A stretch of DNA of 64,000 nt, taken from positions 16,323 through 80,322 of the forward strand of contig CAWKEQ010000027.1 in the NCBI GenBank assembly GCA_963848565.1. Direction: 5' to 3'. Numbering within the stretch: the first letter of the stretch is position 1; the number at the start of each line of letters is the position of its first letter. Below, piece after piece: positions 18,180 through 27,377 of this stretch. The position numbers and the translations under genes were made by a program. This stretch comes from an uncultured delta proteobacterium. Lineage in GTDB: Bacteria; Desulfobacterota; Desulfobaccia; Desulfobaccales; 0-14-0-80-60-11. The notes below the pieces were generated by a model. It searched no databases, had not been told where the DNA came from, and saw only the letters and a list, made by a program, of their open reading frames with translations.

Positions 18180-19619
18180 TCAATGAAAGGTAAAGGCTTG
18201 TTCGGAAAAAAGCTTCAAACACGCCTGGACCACGGCGGGATCGTAGCGCACGCCCTGGTGCTGGGAGATTTCCATCATCGCCTGGTCTATTCCCAGGGCC
18301 GGGCGATAAGGACGGTGGGAAACGATGGCTTCCACTACGTCCGCCACGGCTAAGATTCTGGCCTCCATGATAATATCGTCGCCTAAAAGTCCGTGAGGAT
18401 AACCCGAGCCATCGAGGCGCTCATGGTGTTGCAACACCGCCAGGGCTACCGGCCAGGGAAAATCTATCTCCTTTAAGATGTCGTATCCGGCCTGGGGATG
18501 AATTTTTATCAGGTTGAATTCGTAGTGGCTTAATCGGCTCGGTTTGCTGAGAATCTCCCCGGGTATGGCGATCTTCCCCAGATCATGGAGAAATCCCATG
18601 ACCCGTATCCCCTCGACATAATGGGGTGATTCCCCCAACTCCCGGGCCAGGGCGCAGGCGAGTTTGACGACCCGCCTCTGGTGTCCGGCCGTATACGGGT
18701 CTTTGGATTCCAAGGTGTTGGCCAGGGCCTTGACCGTCCCCTTCAAGGCCTTCTGCAAATTCTTGAGACTTTCCTCTACGCTATGCTGGGCTTCGACGCG
18801 GTAGGTAATATCCCGGATATATTTGATAACCCCTTTCATTTTCCCCGTGCTTTTACTTCGCCAGGGGTAAGCATGCACATCGACCCAACCCACGACCTGG
18901 CCATCGGCGCCTTTCAAGGGGATGGATTCGGAATGCGGTTCGCCGGTGAGCATGGTCTGAAGGGCGGGACATGCCTGACAGGGCTTGGACCTGCAATGAT
19001 AGGCCTTATGGCACTTTTCCCCCACCAGGGGGAGGGCATGTTTGTACCACTCCTCAATGGTGGAGTTGACCTGCACAATATTAAAGCTTAAGTCGATGAC
19101 GCTAATCCCATCAAGAATACTGGAAAAAACGCTGGACAGAAACCTCTCTCCCTCTTGCAGGGCTTCTTCGGTTTGTTTCCGCAAGGTGATATCGAAGAAT
19201 ATGCCGCTCACATATTGAACCATTCCGTTTCTATCGCAAACTATCTGGCTTCGTTCTTGAATCCAGATAAGATTACCTTGCCGGTTTCTGATGCGATATT
19301 CTCTCACGTATGACTTGTCGGTTTTTAGCCCATGGATAAATGCTTGTTTGACTGCTTCAATATCTTCTTCAAAAACTAATTCCGTCCATGTCCGCCGCTT
19401 CGATTCGAAATCATTTCTTGAATATCCGGTCATCCCTTCAATTTTTTCATCAAAGAAATCAACCGATCCGTCGAGATATCCTTTAAATACCACCGCCGGG
19501 ATATTGTCTAAGAGCAACTTGAAATCCTGGTCACTTTCCAAGAGCACTTCTATGGTCGGTTGGCAATCGAGGTTTTTCCGCAAGGAGATCCGGCATTGGC
19601 TCGGAGGCTTCCTGTTCAT
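18180..19619 (-). CDS. PAS-PAS-HD-GYP c-di-GMP phosphodiesterase-type protein
   Basis: Two PAS domains followed by an HD-GYP domain (GHQRRV, FLHDLGK, HHERLDGSGYP). Confidence 0.85.
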   Translation of the reverse strand: MNRKPPSQCRISLRKNLDCQPTIEVLLESDQDFKLLLDNIPAVVFKGYLDGSVDFFDEKIEGMTGYSRNDFESKRRTWTELVFEEDIEAVKQAFIHGLKTDKSYVREYRIRNRQGNLIWIQERSQIVCDRNGMVQYVSGIFFDITLRKQTEEALQEGERFLSSVFSSILDGISVIDLSFNIVQVNSTIEEWYKHALPLVGEKCHKAYHCRSKPCQACPALQTMLTGEPHSESIPLKGADGQVVGWVDVHAYPWRSKSTGKMKGVIKYIRDITYRVEAQHSVEESLKNLQKALKGTVKALANTLESKDPYTAGHQRRVVKLACALARELGESPHYVEGIRVMGFLHDLGKIAIPGEILSKPSRLSHYEFNLIKIHPQAGYDILKEIDFPWPVALAVLQHHERLDGSGYPHGLLGDDIIMEARILAVADVVEAIVSHRPYRPALGIDQAMMEISQHQGVRYDPAVVQACLKLFSEQAFTFH

Positions 19620-19945
19620 ATCGAGACGGGTATCTCAGATTTTGGAAGCGATGATAGAGCCAGCCAATTCTATTTTTCACCTGGTGTCCTCCACGGTCAT
19701 TCGATTCCCCCGCCCCTCAGAGCAGTAGCGTTCCTGAACCAACCGGAAATTCAGGCGCGACATATTAAAAATAAAAGAGAACCATTCGCTTTAATATAAG
19801 GTATTCCCTGATAGCGGGGTGGGAAACTCCTGATTATTCATGCGAATATTTGGGGACAGGCCCGATAGGCGCGTCTGGGAGAAAACCGCCGGCGAGATCA
19901 TCCACGGCAACGGCTCATTTCGGCCATGAACCCTGGTTGGGGAGA

Positions 19946-20752
19946 TTATGCCGGGCAGAGACGGCCCGCCAGCGCCTGGATGGCTGCCATGTAGGCCGCG
20001 AAGCCTTGCAGGAGGATGTCGTTGTGGTTGGCGTGGGGGATCTTGAGCAGGGTCTTGTCGGCGGCGGCCGCGGCATCATACAGGGCCTGGCCGTCGCTCA
20101 GGGGAATGATGTGGTCGTGCTCGGCGTGGATGATCAGGGTGGGCCCGGGGTAGGCCCGGATCTTGTCGATGTTGCGGAAACCGGCTGTTTCCTTGAACCC
20201 GATGGCGGCCAGGTTGACGCCCAGGAGCTGTAACAAGGGCCCGGCATAGGCAAAGCCGCTCTCCACGATGAGAGCCGCCACCTGATCCGGGTAGGTTGCG
20301 GCCAATTCCAGGGCCGAGGCGCTCCCCAGGGACCGGCCCATGACCACCAGGGGGCCTTGGTAGCCCATCTCCGTGAGCCACTGCCGGGTGAAGCGAAAGA
20401 TTTCGTGGCAGTCCCGCATCATGGCGCTCACCGTGGGCTCGCCGGTGGAGCGGCCATAGCCCCGGTAATCCACCGGGAAAAAGTTGACGCCCTGGCGCTG
20501 GTAGAAAGGGGCCAGTTCGTCATAATCAGCCACGATCTCACCGTTGCCGTGGAAAAAGAGGATGGTGGGCGCGGCGGCCGCGGCCGGATGAAACCGGGCC
20601 CCCACCGCCACGTGGCCGGCCACCGGGATGAGAAGGTCCAGGGCATTAGTTGGGGGGCCGGCTGAGCTTAACTCGGGACGGGGGTGAAACAACCGCAGCA
20701 GCACCTCAGGCACATCCAGGGGGGAATAATCAACGGCGTTCAGGTCAGTCAT
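19946..20752 (-). CDS. Alpha/beta hydrolase
   Basis: Nucleophile elbow GRSLGS, FFHGNGE, C-terminal HANHND. ATG at 20752 has aaggagag upstream; the longer ORF start is unlikely. Confidence 0.8.
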   Translation of the reverse strand: MTDLNAVDYSPLDVPEVLLRLFHPRPELSSAGPPTNALDLLIPVAGHVAVGARFHPAAAAAPTILFFHGNGEIVADYDELAPFYQRQGVNFFPVDYRGYGRSTGEPTVSAMMRDCHEIFRFTRQWLTEMGYQGPLVVMGRSLGSASALELAATYPDQVAALIVESGFAYAGPLLQLLGVNLAAIGFKETAGFRNIDKIRAYPGPTLIIHAEHDHIIPLSDGQALYDAAAAADKTLLKIPHANHNDILLQGFAAYMAAIQALAGRLCPA

Positions 20753-21135
20753 GGCTGCGGCTCTCCTTCCCGGGGCAATATTGCGCTTATACCTTCCACT
20801 ATATGGCCAAACCCCTTTAGGGTAAATGGGAAAGTGGACCCAGGCGGTTGAAAAGACCGCCCCGTCCGGAAGCAGACTCGGCCCGGCCCGGGACCTGGTA
20901 TTGCCGCCGGGTAGGTCAAAAACTCCTTGGCGTTGCCGCCGGCAATCGGGTAGAATGCCTCCCACCTGATCCCGCCTCAACCGGAGGGGCGCCCCCGGGC
21001 GGCCGATGGCTCGGTTACCGGGGAGGAGAATACTGACACCTTATGAACCGGAGACAACTATAATCTGGCGGTGAGAGGGGAGGGGGGCCGGGTGGCAATC
21101 ACGCCAGGTCTCGATTCCAGGAGGGGAAGGACATC

Positions 21136-21741
21136 ATGCTGAGAAAAACCGTTATCTTAGGGATATTGATCGCCGGGGCCGTGATGCTGGGAACGGCCAT
21201 GCCGCTGCCGGCCCGGGACAAGATGTTCACCTATGACTATTCATTCAAACCCGGTTCGGAGCCGGATGGGTTCAAGGGCCTCAAGTGGCAGACGAACATC
21301 GCTACCCTGGACCCGCTACACACTATGGAACCCATCGAGATACTCGGGCCGTTTGTTTACTATAAAAAAAATAAAGAAGACCTGCATCTGGTGACGGTCA
21401 AACTCGACGATATCATCTATGAGTTCTGGAATGGCAAGTTTTCCGGGGTCATAATCAGAGTAAAGGGCAACAACCAGTTCCAAGTCCTGAAAGATTATGT
21501 CTTTGCCCGTTTCGGCCCGGGCCAACGTTCAGAAACCCTGGCCCGGATGGATGTCCAGGATTTTTACTATAACGGCATTAAAACGAGGATGTCTCTGAAA
21601 TTCAGCGATATTGACCGCATCGGCGAACTCAGCCTGTATTCCATCGCCCTGCTCAGCAAACAACAGAAACTCGACACGTTGTATCTGCGAGACAAAGCCA
21701 GAGAGGCAATCGACGCCTACGAAAAAGCCCGGGGCAAGTAG
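21136..21741 (+). CDS. Secreted hypothetical protein
   Basis: Signal peptide MLRKTVILGILIAGAVMLGTAMPLPA. Lower GC than its surroundings. Confidence 0.6.
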   Translation: MLRKTVILGILIAGAVMLGTAMPLPARDKMFTYDYSFKPGSEPDGFKGLKWQTNIATLDPLHTMEPIEILGPFVYYKKNKEDLHLVTVKLDDIIYEFWNGKFSGVIIRVKGNNQFQVLKDYVFARFGPGQRSETLARMDVQDFYYNGIKTRMSLKFSDIDRIGELSLYSIALLSKQQKLDTLYLRDKAREAIDAYEKARGK

Positions 21742-21757
21742 GGCAAAAGGGGGGCCG

Positions 21758-21779
21758 CTGGCCGGATTAATCCGGCCAG
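21758..21779. terminator. Hairpin between convergent genes
   Basis: ctggccgga-ttaa-tccggccag, a 9-bp stem with no clear U-tract. Confidence 0.35.
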
Positions 21780-21782
21780 GGT

Positions 21783-22673
21783 TCAGTGGGGGCGAATGCG
21801 GCTGCTGACGCAGGCCCGGCAGGTTCCCGAGCGGAAGCGGGTGGCGTCGGACAGGGAGAACACGCCCACGATGTGCCGGGGAGATTCCCGGTACACAAAG
21901 AGGCGGGAGATGTCGGCAAAGATCATCCGGCGCAGGGCGTTGACCAGGACGTCGTTGCCGTCACAGGCCTGCACCTCTCCGGTCATTACGGTGCCGGCCG
22001 GGGCCTCGGCGGGGATGCGATGCAGGTAGGCGACGATGAGGTCGGTCTTGGAGATCACCCCCGCCGGGGCGCCATCCTCCCCGGTGATCAGGAGGGCGCC
22101 GAATTTATGGGCCGCCAGTCCTTCCATCACCTGGAGCAGGCTGTCGTCGATTCCCAGGGCAAAGACCCCCGGGGTCATCACTTCCCGTAGGTGCACCCGG
22201 TCGGCCGGGAGGGGCTCCGCATCCCCTGTCTTCCGGCGCAGGTTCTTGTCGCACCGGTGGCAATAGCGGTAGAGCAAACCCACGATGTCCGGGTAGGCCA
22301 GGACGCCCACGGCCCGGGGGGCGGCCCCCTCCTGGACATAGAGCCGGTGGATTTTGTAGGTCCGCATGCGGTCCAGGGCCGCGTCCAGGGTTTCGTCCAG
22401 GTGGCAAAACAGGGGCGGGCCCACCATGATTGAGGCCGCCGGGGTCTCAAGGGGGAGCCCGGCATAATAGGCCCCCATGAGATCGGTTTTGGTGACCACC
22501 CCCACCGCTTCCTGGTGGGAATCGGTAATCAGGATGGCGTTCACCTTGTACTTGATGGCATAGCGGATGGCCTCCTCCAGGGTGGCCTCGGCGGCAAGGT
22601 TGATGATTAACCGCCGCATGGCCGCCTTGACCGTCAAATCCTGCATGACGTTCTGGCGGCTACTGACCCGCAT
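21783..22673 (-). CDS. Protein with four CBS domains and two CxxC motifs
   Basis: Two CBS pairs separated by CHRCDKN, ending in CRACVSS. Confidence 0.8.
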   Translation of the reverse strand: MRVSSRQNVMQDLTVKAAMRRLIINLAAEATLEEAIRYAIKYKVNAILITDSHQEAVGVVTKTDLMGAYYAGLPLETPAASIMVGPPLFCHLDETLDAALDRMRTYKIHRLYVQEGAAPRAVGVLAYPDIVGLLYRYCHRCDKNLRRKTGDAEPLPADRVHLREVMTPGVFALGIDDSLLQVMEGLAAHKFGALLITGEDGAPAGVISKTDLIVAYLHRIPAEAPAGTVMTGEVQACDGNDVLVNALRRMIFADISRLFVYRESPRHIVGVFSLSDATRFRSGTCRACVSSRIRPH

Positions 22674-22696
22674 GGCATTCCCTCCTGGCGTCGGCT

Positions 22697-23167
22697 TCAG
22701 GTTAAAGATCTGTCCAGGAGATGCCGGAAGACCCGGGACAGATACACCATACCCACCATTTTCCCCTCTTCCAGGACCGGCAGCCGGCGGACGTGCTTTT
22801 TGATCATAATGTCGATGATCCGCAGCAGGTGCATGTCCGGGGTGATGGTAATGAGGTCGGTGGTCATGATGTCCGAAACCAGCATGGACCCGGCCCGGGC
22901 CAAGGCTGCGTCGAGGATGCCCGAGATGTCCACGTCCTCGATTTCGCCCCAGATGTGAATATGCTTGGGCCGGATGAGCAGCAGGATATCGTACATGGAA
23001 AGCATGCCCAGCAATTTACCCGCCGCATCAGTGACCACCATGCCGAAGACGATCTGTTGATGCGCCTCCCCGGCTTTCTGGAAGACCCGGAAGGCCTCCC
23101 CGATGGTCATCCCGGGTGACAGGGTAGAGTAGCCGGTATCCATTACCTCACGCGCGGTTGCATCCAT
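22697..23167 (-). CDS. CBS-pair domain protein
   Basis: Two CBS repeats (VMDTGYSTLSPGMTIGEAF..., VSDIMTTDLITITPDMHLLRIIDIMIKKHVRRLPVLEEGKMVGMV). Confidence 0.8.
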   Translation of the reverse strand: MDATAREVMDTGYSTLSPGMTIGEAFRVFQKAGEAHQQIVFGMVVTDAAGKLLGMLSMYDILLLIRPKHIHIWGEIEDVDISGILDAALARAGSMLVSDIMTTDLITITPDMHLLRIIDIMIKKHVRRLPVLEEGKMVGMVYLSRVFRHLLDRSLT

Positions 23168-23602
23168 AAGAATTCCTAAATTCGCCGAGGATGGGAACCT
23201 GATCGACGGGCCGGGGCGGCTGGAGGACTATCCCCGTCGCCAACATCCCCGGACGCCGGTGAGCCATCTTAGCACAAAAAAGGGATTTTTCTACCAGGGC
23301 GGCTGGGTTGTCCCGCCGGATGAGGCTCTGGGATAGCTGCCTTGATTGAGTGGTAATTACCGTGACCGGTCTGGCCAACTGGAGAGGGTCCCGGTTCAAG
23401 TCTTGAGCCCTACAGATTATCCTTGCATGCGGCCCCTATTAGTGACAAGGTGCGAAAAAGGCCTGTAGTCAGATTCAGCGTGTTCCGGTGGCGACCCCTG
23501 GTGTTCTCCAAGCCCCCGGGGAGAAAATTGCGGTACACAGGCTTTCCGGTTGTGCCGGCGCGTGCTTGCGCCCGCGGCTGCCTGGCGCTTCCCGTATGAG
23601 CG

Positions 23603-24871
23603 ATGACCACGAGAAAAATTCACCTCTTGCTGTTCGTTCTCCTCTCCGGGCTCGGCCTCGCCTGCCAACCGGACCCGTCGAAGGCCCGCCTGGAACGGGT
23701 CCTCACCACCTCCTGGCAGAGCTACTGCCGGCACTTCATCAAGAGCGACGGCCAGGTCATCATCCCGGAGGAAGGCGGCGGCGCCATCTCCGAGGCCCAG
23801 GCCTACGCCCTGCTCCGGGCCGTGTGGGCCAATGACGCCGCAGTATTCAACCGGGTCTATGCCTGGACTTACAAAAATCTTTCCCGGGTCCATAAGCAGG
23901 GGGACAGCCTGCTGGCCTGGCGCTGGGGCCGGCTCCCGGACGGCTCCTGGGGGGTGCTGGATGCAAACAGCGCCACCGACGGTGATCTGGATTACGCCTT
24001 GGCCCTGGTTCTGGCGGACCGCTTGGGGTGGCGGGCTCCAGCGGGCCTTCCGGGCTACCGGGAGGAGACCCGCCGGGTCCAGGCGGATATCCTGGCCAAG
24101 GAAGTGGTGGCCCTGCCCGGGGGCGAGGTGCTCCTCACTCCGGGCAACTGGCATGAGCCGCAGCCGCCCTACCTGCTGAACCCTTCATACTTTTCCCCGG
24201 CGGCGTATCGTTTGTTCGCCCGGGCCGGTCCGGGGCAGTGGCGGCCCTCGGGGACAATCCCTTCCCAGGAAGGCCTCCCATCTGCCTCTGCCTTGAGGGG
24301 GGAGGGGAGGGGGAAGGCAAACCCGGAGGCCGTCTGGGGCCGCCTGCACCAATCGACCTATACCGTGCTCCAGCAACTCAACCGGGGCTTCGGGGGCCAG
24401 GCCGGGGTGGGCTTGTTTCCCGACTGGTGCCGGGTGGACGCGGCCGGGGTCCTGGCGCCGGCGCCGGGCAAAGACACCCGTTTCGGCTGGGAGGCGGTGC
24501 GGCTCCCCTATCGGGTGGCCCTGGACGCGATCTGGTTCAAGGAACCCCGGGCGGCCCAGCTTCTTTCCAGCAAATTCCTGCCGTTTTTCAAATCCCGATG
24601 GCAGGCCCAGGGCCGGCTGGTGGCGGTCTATACCCGTGACGGCGCCCCGGCGGTTGACTATGAAAGCCCGGTGCTCTATGCCGGGGTCCTGGCCGGGGCC
24701 CTGGCCGCCGGGGACCGGGATTTCGCCCGCCAGATGGCGCTTAAAATCCTCTCCTTTTACCATGAAGACGGCGACCGGGCCTACTTCGAGGCCCCGGACC
24801 ACTACTACGCCAACAACTGGGCCTGGCTGGGCCTGGCGCTGTATGCCGGGTGGGTCCACCCTTCTGACTGA
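23603..24871 (+). CDS. Glycoside hydrolase family 8-like endoglucanase lipoprotein
   Basis: Lipobox LSGLGLAC. GH8-like SEAQAYALLRAV, DGDLDYALAL and (alpha/alpha)6-type repeats. Contains a G/R-rich insert (ALRGEGRGKANPE). Confidence 0.65.
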   Translation: MTTRKIHLLLFVLLSGLGLACQPDPSKARLERVLTTSWQSYCRHFIKSDGQVIIPEEGGGAISEAQAYALLRAVWANDAAVFNRVYAWTYKNLSRVHKQGDSLLAWRWGRLPDGSWGVLDANSATDGDLDYALALVLADRLGWRAPAGLPGYREETRRVQADILAKEVVALPGGEVLLTPGNWHEPQPPYLLNPSYFSPAAYRLFARAGPGQWRPSGTIPSQEGLPSASALRGEGRGKANPEAVWGRLHQSTYTVLQQLNRGFGGQAGVGLFPDWCRVDAAGVLAPAPGKDTRFGWEAVRLPYRVALDAIWFKEPRAAQLLSSKFLPFFKSRWQAQGRLVAVYTRDGAPAVDYESPVLYAGVLAGALAAGDRDFARQMALKILSFYHEDGDRAYFEAPDHYYANNWAWLGLALYAGWVHPSD

Positions 24872-24909
24872 CTGCGCCCAGCTTCCTTCGCAGCTTGGAA
24901 AAATATCAG

Positions 24910-24985
24910 TGGCACAGGTTTTCAACCTGTGGAGCAGGATGGCGCCTTACCAGCGCCGTTGAGGGTGAGTAAAACGCACCCTACT
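24910..24985. repeat. Composite hairpin unit (CACAGG hairpin plus GGGTG..CACCC hairpin), copy 1
   Basis: cacaggtt-ttc-aacctgtg followed by gggtg-agtaaaacg-caccc. A similar unit recurs in the same order at 25467-25545. Confidence 0.6.
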
Positions 24986-25040
24986 GAACAGTTGTCCATC
25001 TGCCGGTCATTCTGAGGGAGCGGCGTACTAAGAATCTCAT

Positions 25041-25101
25041 AGAGCGTTTGCCAAGAGTTACCTTCCTCTGATCCCCCTCTCCTCCCAACGGGGGGAGAGG
25101 G
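25041..25101. repeat. MITE-like left end plus CTCTCC/GGAGAG hairpin
   Basis: agagcgtttgccaagagttaccttcc closely matches the left terminal repeat at 41522-41546. It is followed by ccccctctcctcccaacggggggagaggg. Confidence 0.6.
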
Positions 25102-25174
25102 CCAGGGTGATCGACTGTCCTTAAAGTCAAGAGGTTAAAGGCGTCATGGGACGCCAGGTTGTTTGGTTTTTCAC

Positions 25175-25360
25175 CATAGCATTTAACATGATTAAGAGTT
25201 TGCGCATACAGGCTCACCGGGGCCATTTGCCGGTTTTGCCCGATCTGACCGGCCAAACGCATCAAAGAGGGCTTTGATTAGCGGGTTATAACGCACTGCG
25301 GACAGGGTAGTCATAGAGGGCTTGGCGTACCTTGTGGCGACCACCTCGGATCATGCGGCG
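25175..25360 (-). pseudogene. C-terminal remnant of an IS110-family transposase, frame-disrupted
   Basis: Minus-strand translation gives RRMIRGGRHKVRQALY / MTTLSAVRYNPLIKALFD / RLAGQ..., matching the conserved IS110 C-terminal block (I.GGR..vR.ALYm.al.a.r.NP.lkafy.RL). It needs two frame changes and has no upstream catalytic domain. Confidence 0.55.
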
Positions 25361-25466
25361 ACCTCAGCAAAAATTCTTCTCACCGTATATACCCTATAGC
25401 GGTTAAATAGTTATAGGGCGGCCTGTGGCCGCCATAACTGGCTGGCAGAATTTAATCTTTTGAAGC

Positions 25467-25545
25467 ATGGTGGCACAGCCTGCCAGCCTGTGCCGCGGTA
25501 GGTGCGTTTCACGCGCCCGTTATGGTGCGTGAGACGCACCCTCCA
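25467..25545. repeat. Composite hairpin unit, copy 2
   Basis: ggcacagcc-tgcc-agcctgtgcc followed by ggtgcg-tgaga-cgcacc. Confidence 0.6.
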
Positions 25546-25644
25546 TTTACTGCCGGTTTTTGCCGGACTCTGCCCCCGGTTGCCGCCGGAAAATTATTTC
25601 CTCCGGCAACCGGGGGGATATGATATAATTTTTAAATAACTTTT

Positions 25645-26988
25645 ATGGATCGAGAGCTGCCCCACATCTATACGGTGAGCGCCCTGACCCGGGAGGTCCG
25701 GGACCGCCTGGAGACCTATTTCTCCCTGGTCTGGGTGAGCGGCGAGGTTTCCAATCTCAGGCAGCCCCTGAGCGGCCACTACTACTTCACCCTCAAGGAC
25801 GCCGGGGCCCAACTGAAGGCCGTGCTTTTCAAGGGCAGTCACCAGCACATGCGTTTGAAGCCCCAGGAGGGCAGCCAGTTCCTCTGCCGGGGGCGCCTGA
25901 CGGTCTATGAACCCCGGGGCGAATACCAACTGATCGTGGATTATTTAGAGCCCCTGGGGCAGGGGGCCCTGGCCCAGGCCTTCGAGGTCCTGAAGGCCCG
26001 CCTTAAGGATGAGGGGCTGTTTGCCCCGGAGTTGAAGAAACCCTTGCCGTTTCTGCCCCGCAAAATTGCCCTGGTCACTTCGCCCACCGGGGCGGCGGTC
26101 CGGGATTTCCTGCGTCTGTTGCGGCAGCGCTTCCCCAACGTGGAGGTGCTGATTTACCCGGTAAAGGTCCAGGGGGCCGAGGCCGCCGGGGAAATCACCC
26201 GGGCCCTCGACGACCTGGCCGGCTACCCCGGGGTTGAGGCCATCGTCCTGGCCCGGGGGGGCGGCTCGCTGGAAGATTTGTGGCCCTTTAACGAAGAAGT
26301 GGTGGCCCGGGCCATCCACCGCTGTCCCATTCCGGTGGTCTCGGCGGTAGGCCACGAAGTGGATTTCACCATCGCCGATTTTGTGGCGGATAAGCGGGCT
26401 GCCACCCCCAGCGCCGCGGTGGAGCTGGTGGTGCCGGATTGGGGCGAACTGAAGCGCCGCCTGGGGCGCCTGGGCGCCACCCTGGCCGGAGCCCAGGCCC
26501 GGCGCCGGGACCTGGCCCGCCAGCACCTCTTTTTGATGGCCCGGCGGCTGCCGGATATGCGCCGCTCCCTGGTGGATCTGCGCCTCAGGCTGGATGAGCG
26601 GGCCGAGGCGCTGGTGCGGCGGTTCCAGCGAGTCGTGACCCATCAGGACCAGGCGCTCAGGCTGGCCACCTCCCGCCTCTTCCTCCAGAGTCCCCGCCGG
26701 TCGTTGACCGGGGCCCGGCAACGGCTGGCCCAGGCGGCCCAGATGCTGGGCCAAAGCTGGTTCCGGCGCCAGACCGGACAGCGCCGGCACCTGGAATATA
26801 CGCAGAACCGGCTGGAGCAGATCAATCCCCTGGCGATTCTGGCCCGGGGCTACGCCGTGGCCACCCTGCTCCCCGGGGAAACGGTGATTCGCGACGCTAC
26901 CGAGGTTTCGGCCGGTGCGGCCGTCCGGGTCCGGGTGGCCCAGGGCCGGATGGACTGCGAAGTGAAGAAAGTGAGCAGTGAGCAGTGA
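25645..26988 (+). CDS. xseA: Exodeoxyribonuclease VII large subunit
   Basis: N-terminal OB fold (VSALTREVRDRLE..VWVSGEVSN), catalytic core (ARGGGSLEDLWPFNEE) and a coiled-coil C-terminus. Confidence 0.95.
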   Translation: MDRELPHIYTVSALTREVRDRLETYFSLVWVSGEVSNLRQPLSGHYYFTLKDAGAQLKAVLFKGSHQHMRLKPQEGSQFLCRGRLTVYEPRGEYQLIVDYLEPLGQGALAQAFEVLKARLKDEGLFAPELKKPLPFLPRKIALVTSPTGAAVRDFLRLLRQRFPNVEVLIYPVKVQGAEAAGEITRALDDLAGYPGVEAIVLARGGGSLEDLWPFNEEVVARAIHRCPIPVVSAVGHEVDFTIADFVADKRAATPSAAVELVVPDWGELKRRLGRLGATLAGAQARRRDLARQHLFLMARRLPDMRRSLVDLRLRLDERAEALVRRFQRVVTHQDQALRLATSRLFLQSPRRSLTGARQRLAQAAQMLGQSWFRRQTGQRRHLEYTQNRLEQINPLAILARGYAVATLLPGETVIRDATEVSAGAAVRVRVAQGRMDCEVKKVSSEQ

Positions 26989-26992
26989 GCAG
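26971..26992. repeat. Tandem heptamer GTGAGCA x3 spanning the xseA stop codon
   Basis: gtgagcagtgagcagtgagcag read directly. Encodes VSSEQ-stop. Confidence 0.85.
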
Positions 26993-27048
26993 TTTTTTGT
27001 TGATGCGTTTATACGGACCACTGATCACGGACAACGGGAAACTAACCT

Positions 27049-27300
27049 ATGGCCAAAGCGAAGCAGCCGGAACCGAGTTTTGAGGCGGGGCTGAAGCGTC
27101 TCGAGGAAGTGTTGGATGCTCTGGAGCACGGCGACCTGTCTCTGGAGGAGGCCATGCGCGCCTTCGAGGAAGGGGTGCAGTTGGTGCGGATCTGCCATAA
27201 GAAGCTGGACGAAGTGGAAAAGCGGGTGGAACTCCTGCTCAAGGATGACGCCGGGCGGTTCTTTACCCGGCCATTTTCTGAGGAGGAAGGGGAAGGCTGA
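27049..27300 (+). CDS. xseB: Exodeoxyribonuclease VII small subunit
   Basis: FEAGLKRLEEVLDALEHGDLSLEEAMRAFEEGVQL; 83 aa; follows xseA. Confidence 0.95.
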   Translation: MAKAKQPEPSFEAGLKRLEEVLDALEHGDLSLEEAMRAFEEGVQLVRICHKKLDEVEKRVELLLKDDAGRFFTRPFSEEEGEG

Positions 27301-27372
27301 AAAAACCGTTTTGGGTTTTTGGTTAGAACCTCTGTGCCGAAACGGAAAACGGAAAACGGAAAACCAAAAACG
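27301..27372. repeat. Palindromic element built from A-rich heptamers (CGGAAAA x3, CCAAAAA), filling the xseB-ispA spacer
   Basis: The left arm aaaaaccgttttgggtttttggtt is the approximate reverse complement of the right arm cggaaaacggaaaacggaaaaccaaaaacg. The centre is agaacctctgtgccgaa. Confidence 0.8.
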
Positions 27373-27377
27373 ATAAT

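Noticed and set aside
23380-23410. tRNA-like T-arm string ggttcaagtc
   Set aside because: The flanking bases do not form a T stem, and no acceptor, D or anticodon arms can be drawn. I found no tRNA gene in the window.
24909-24930. TGGCAC-containing sequences as sigma-54 promoters (24911, 25471, 33812)
   Set aside because: The -12 element is wrong in each case: TTCA, GCCA or CAGA instead of TTGC at the required spacing. At least the first two are stems of hairpin repeats.
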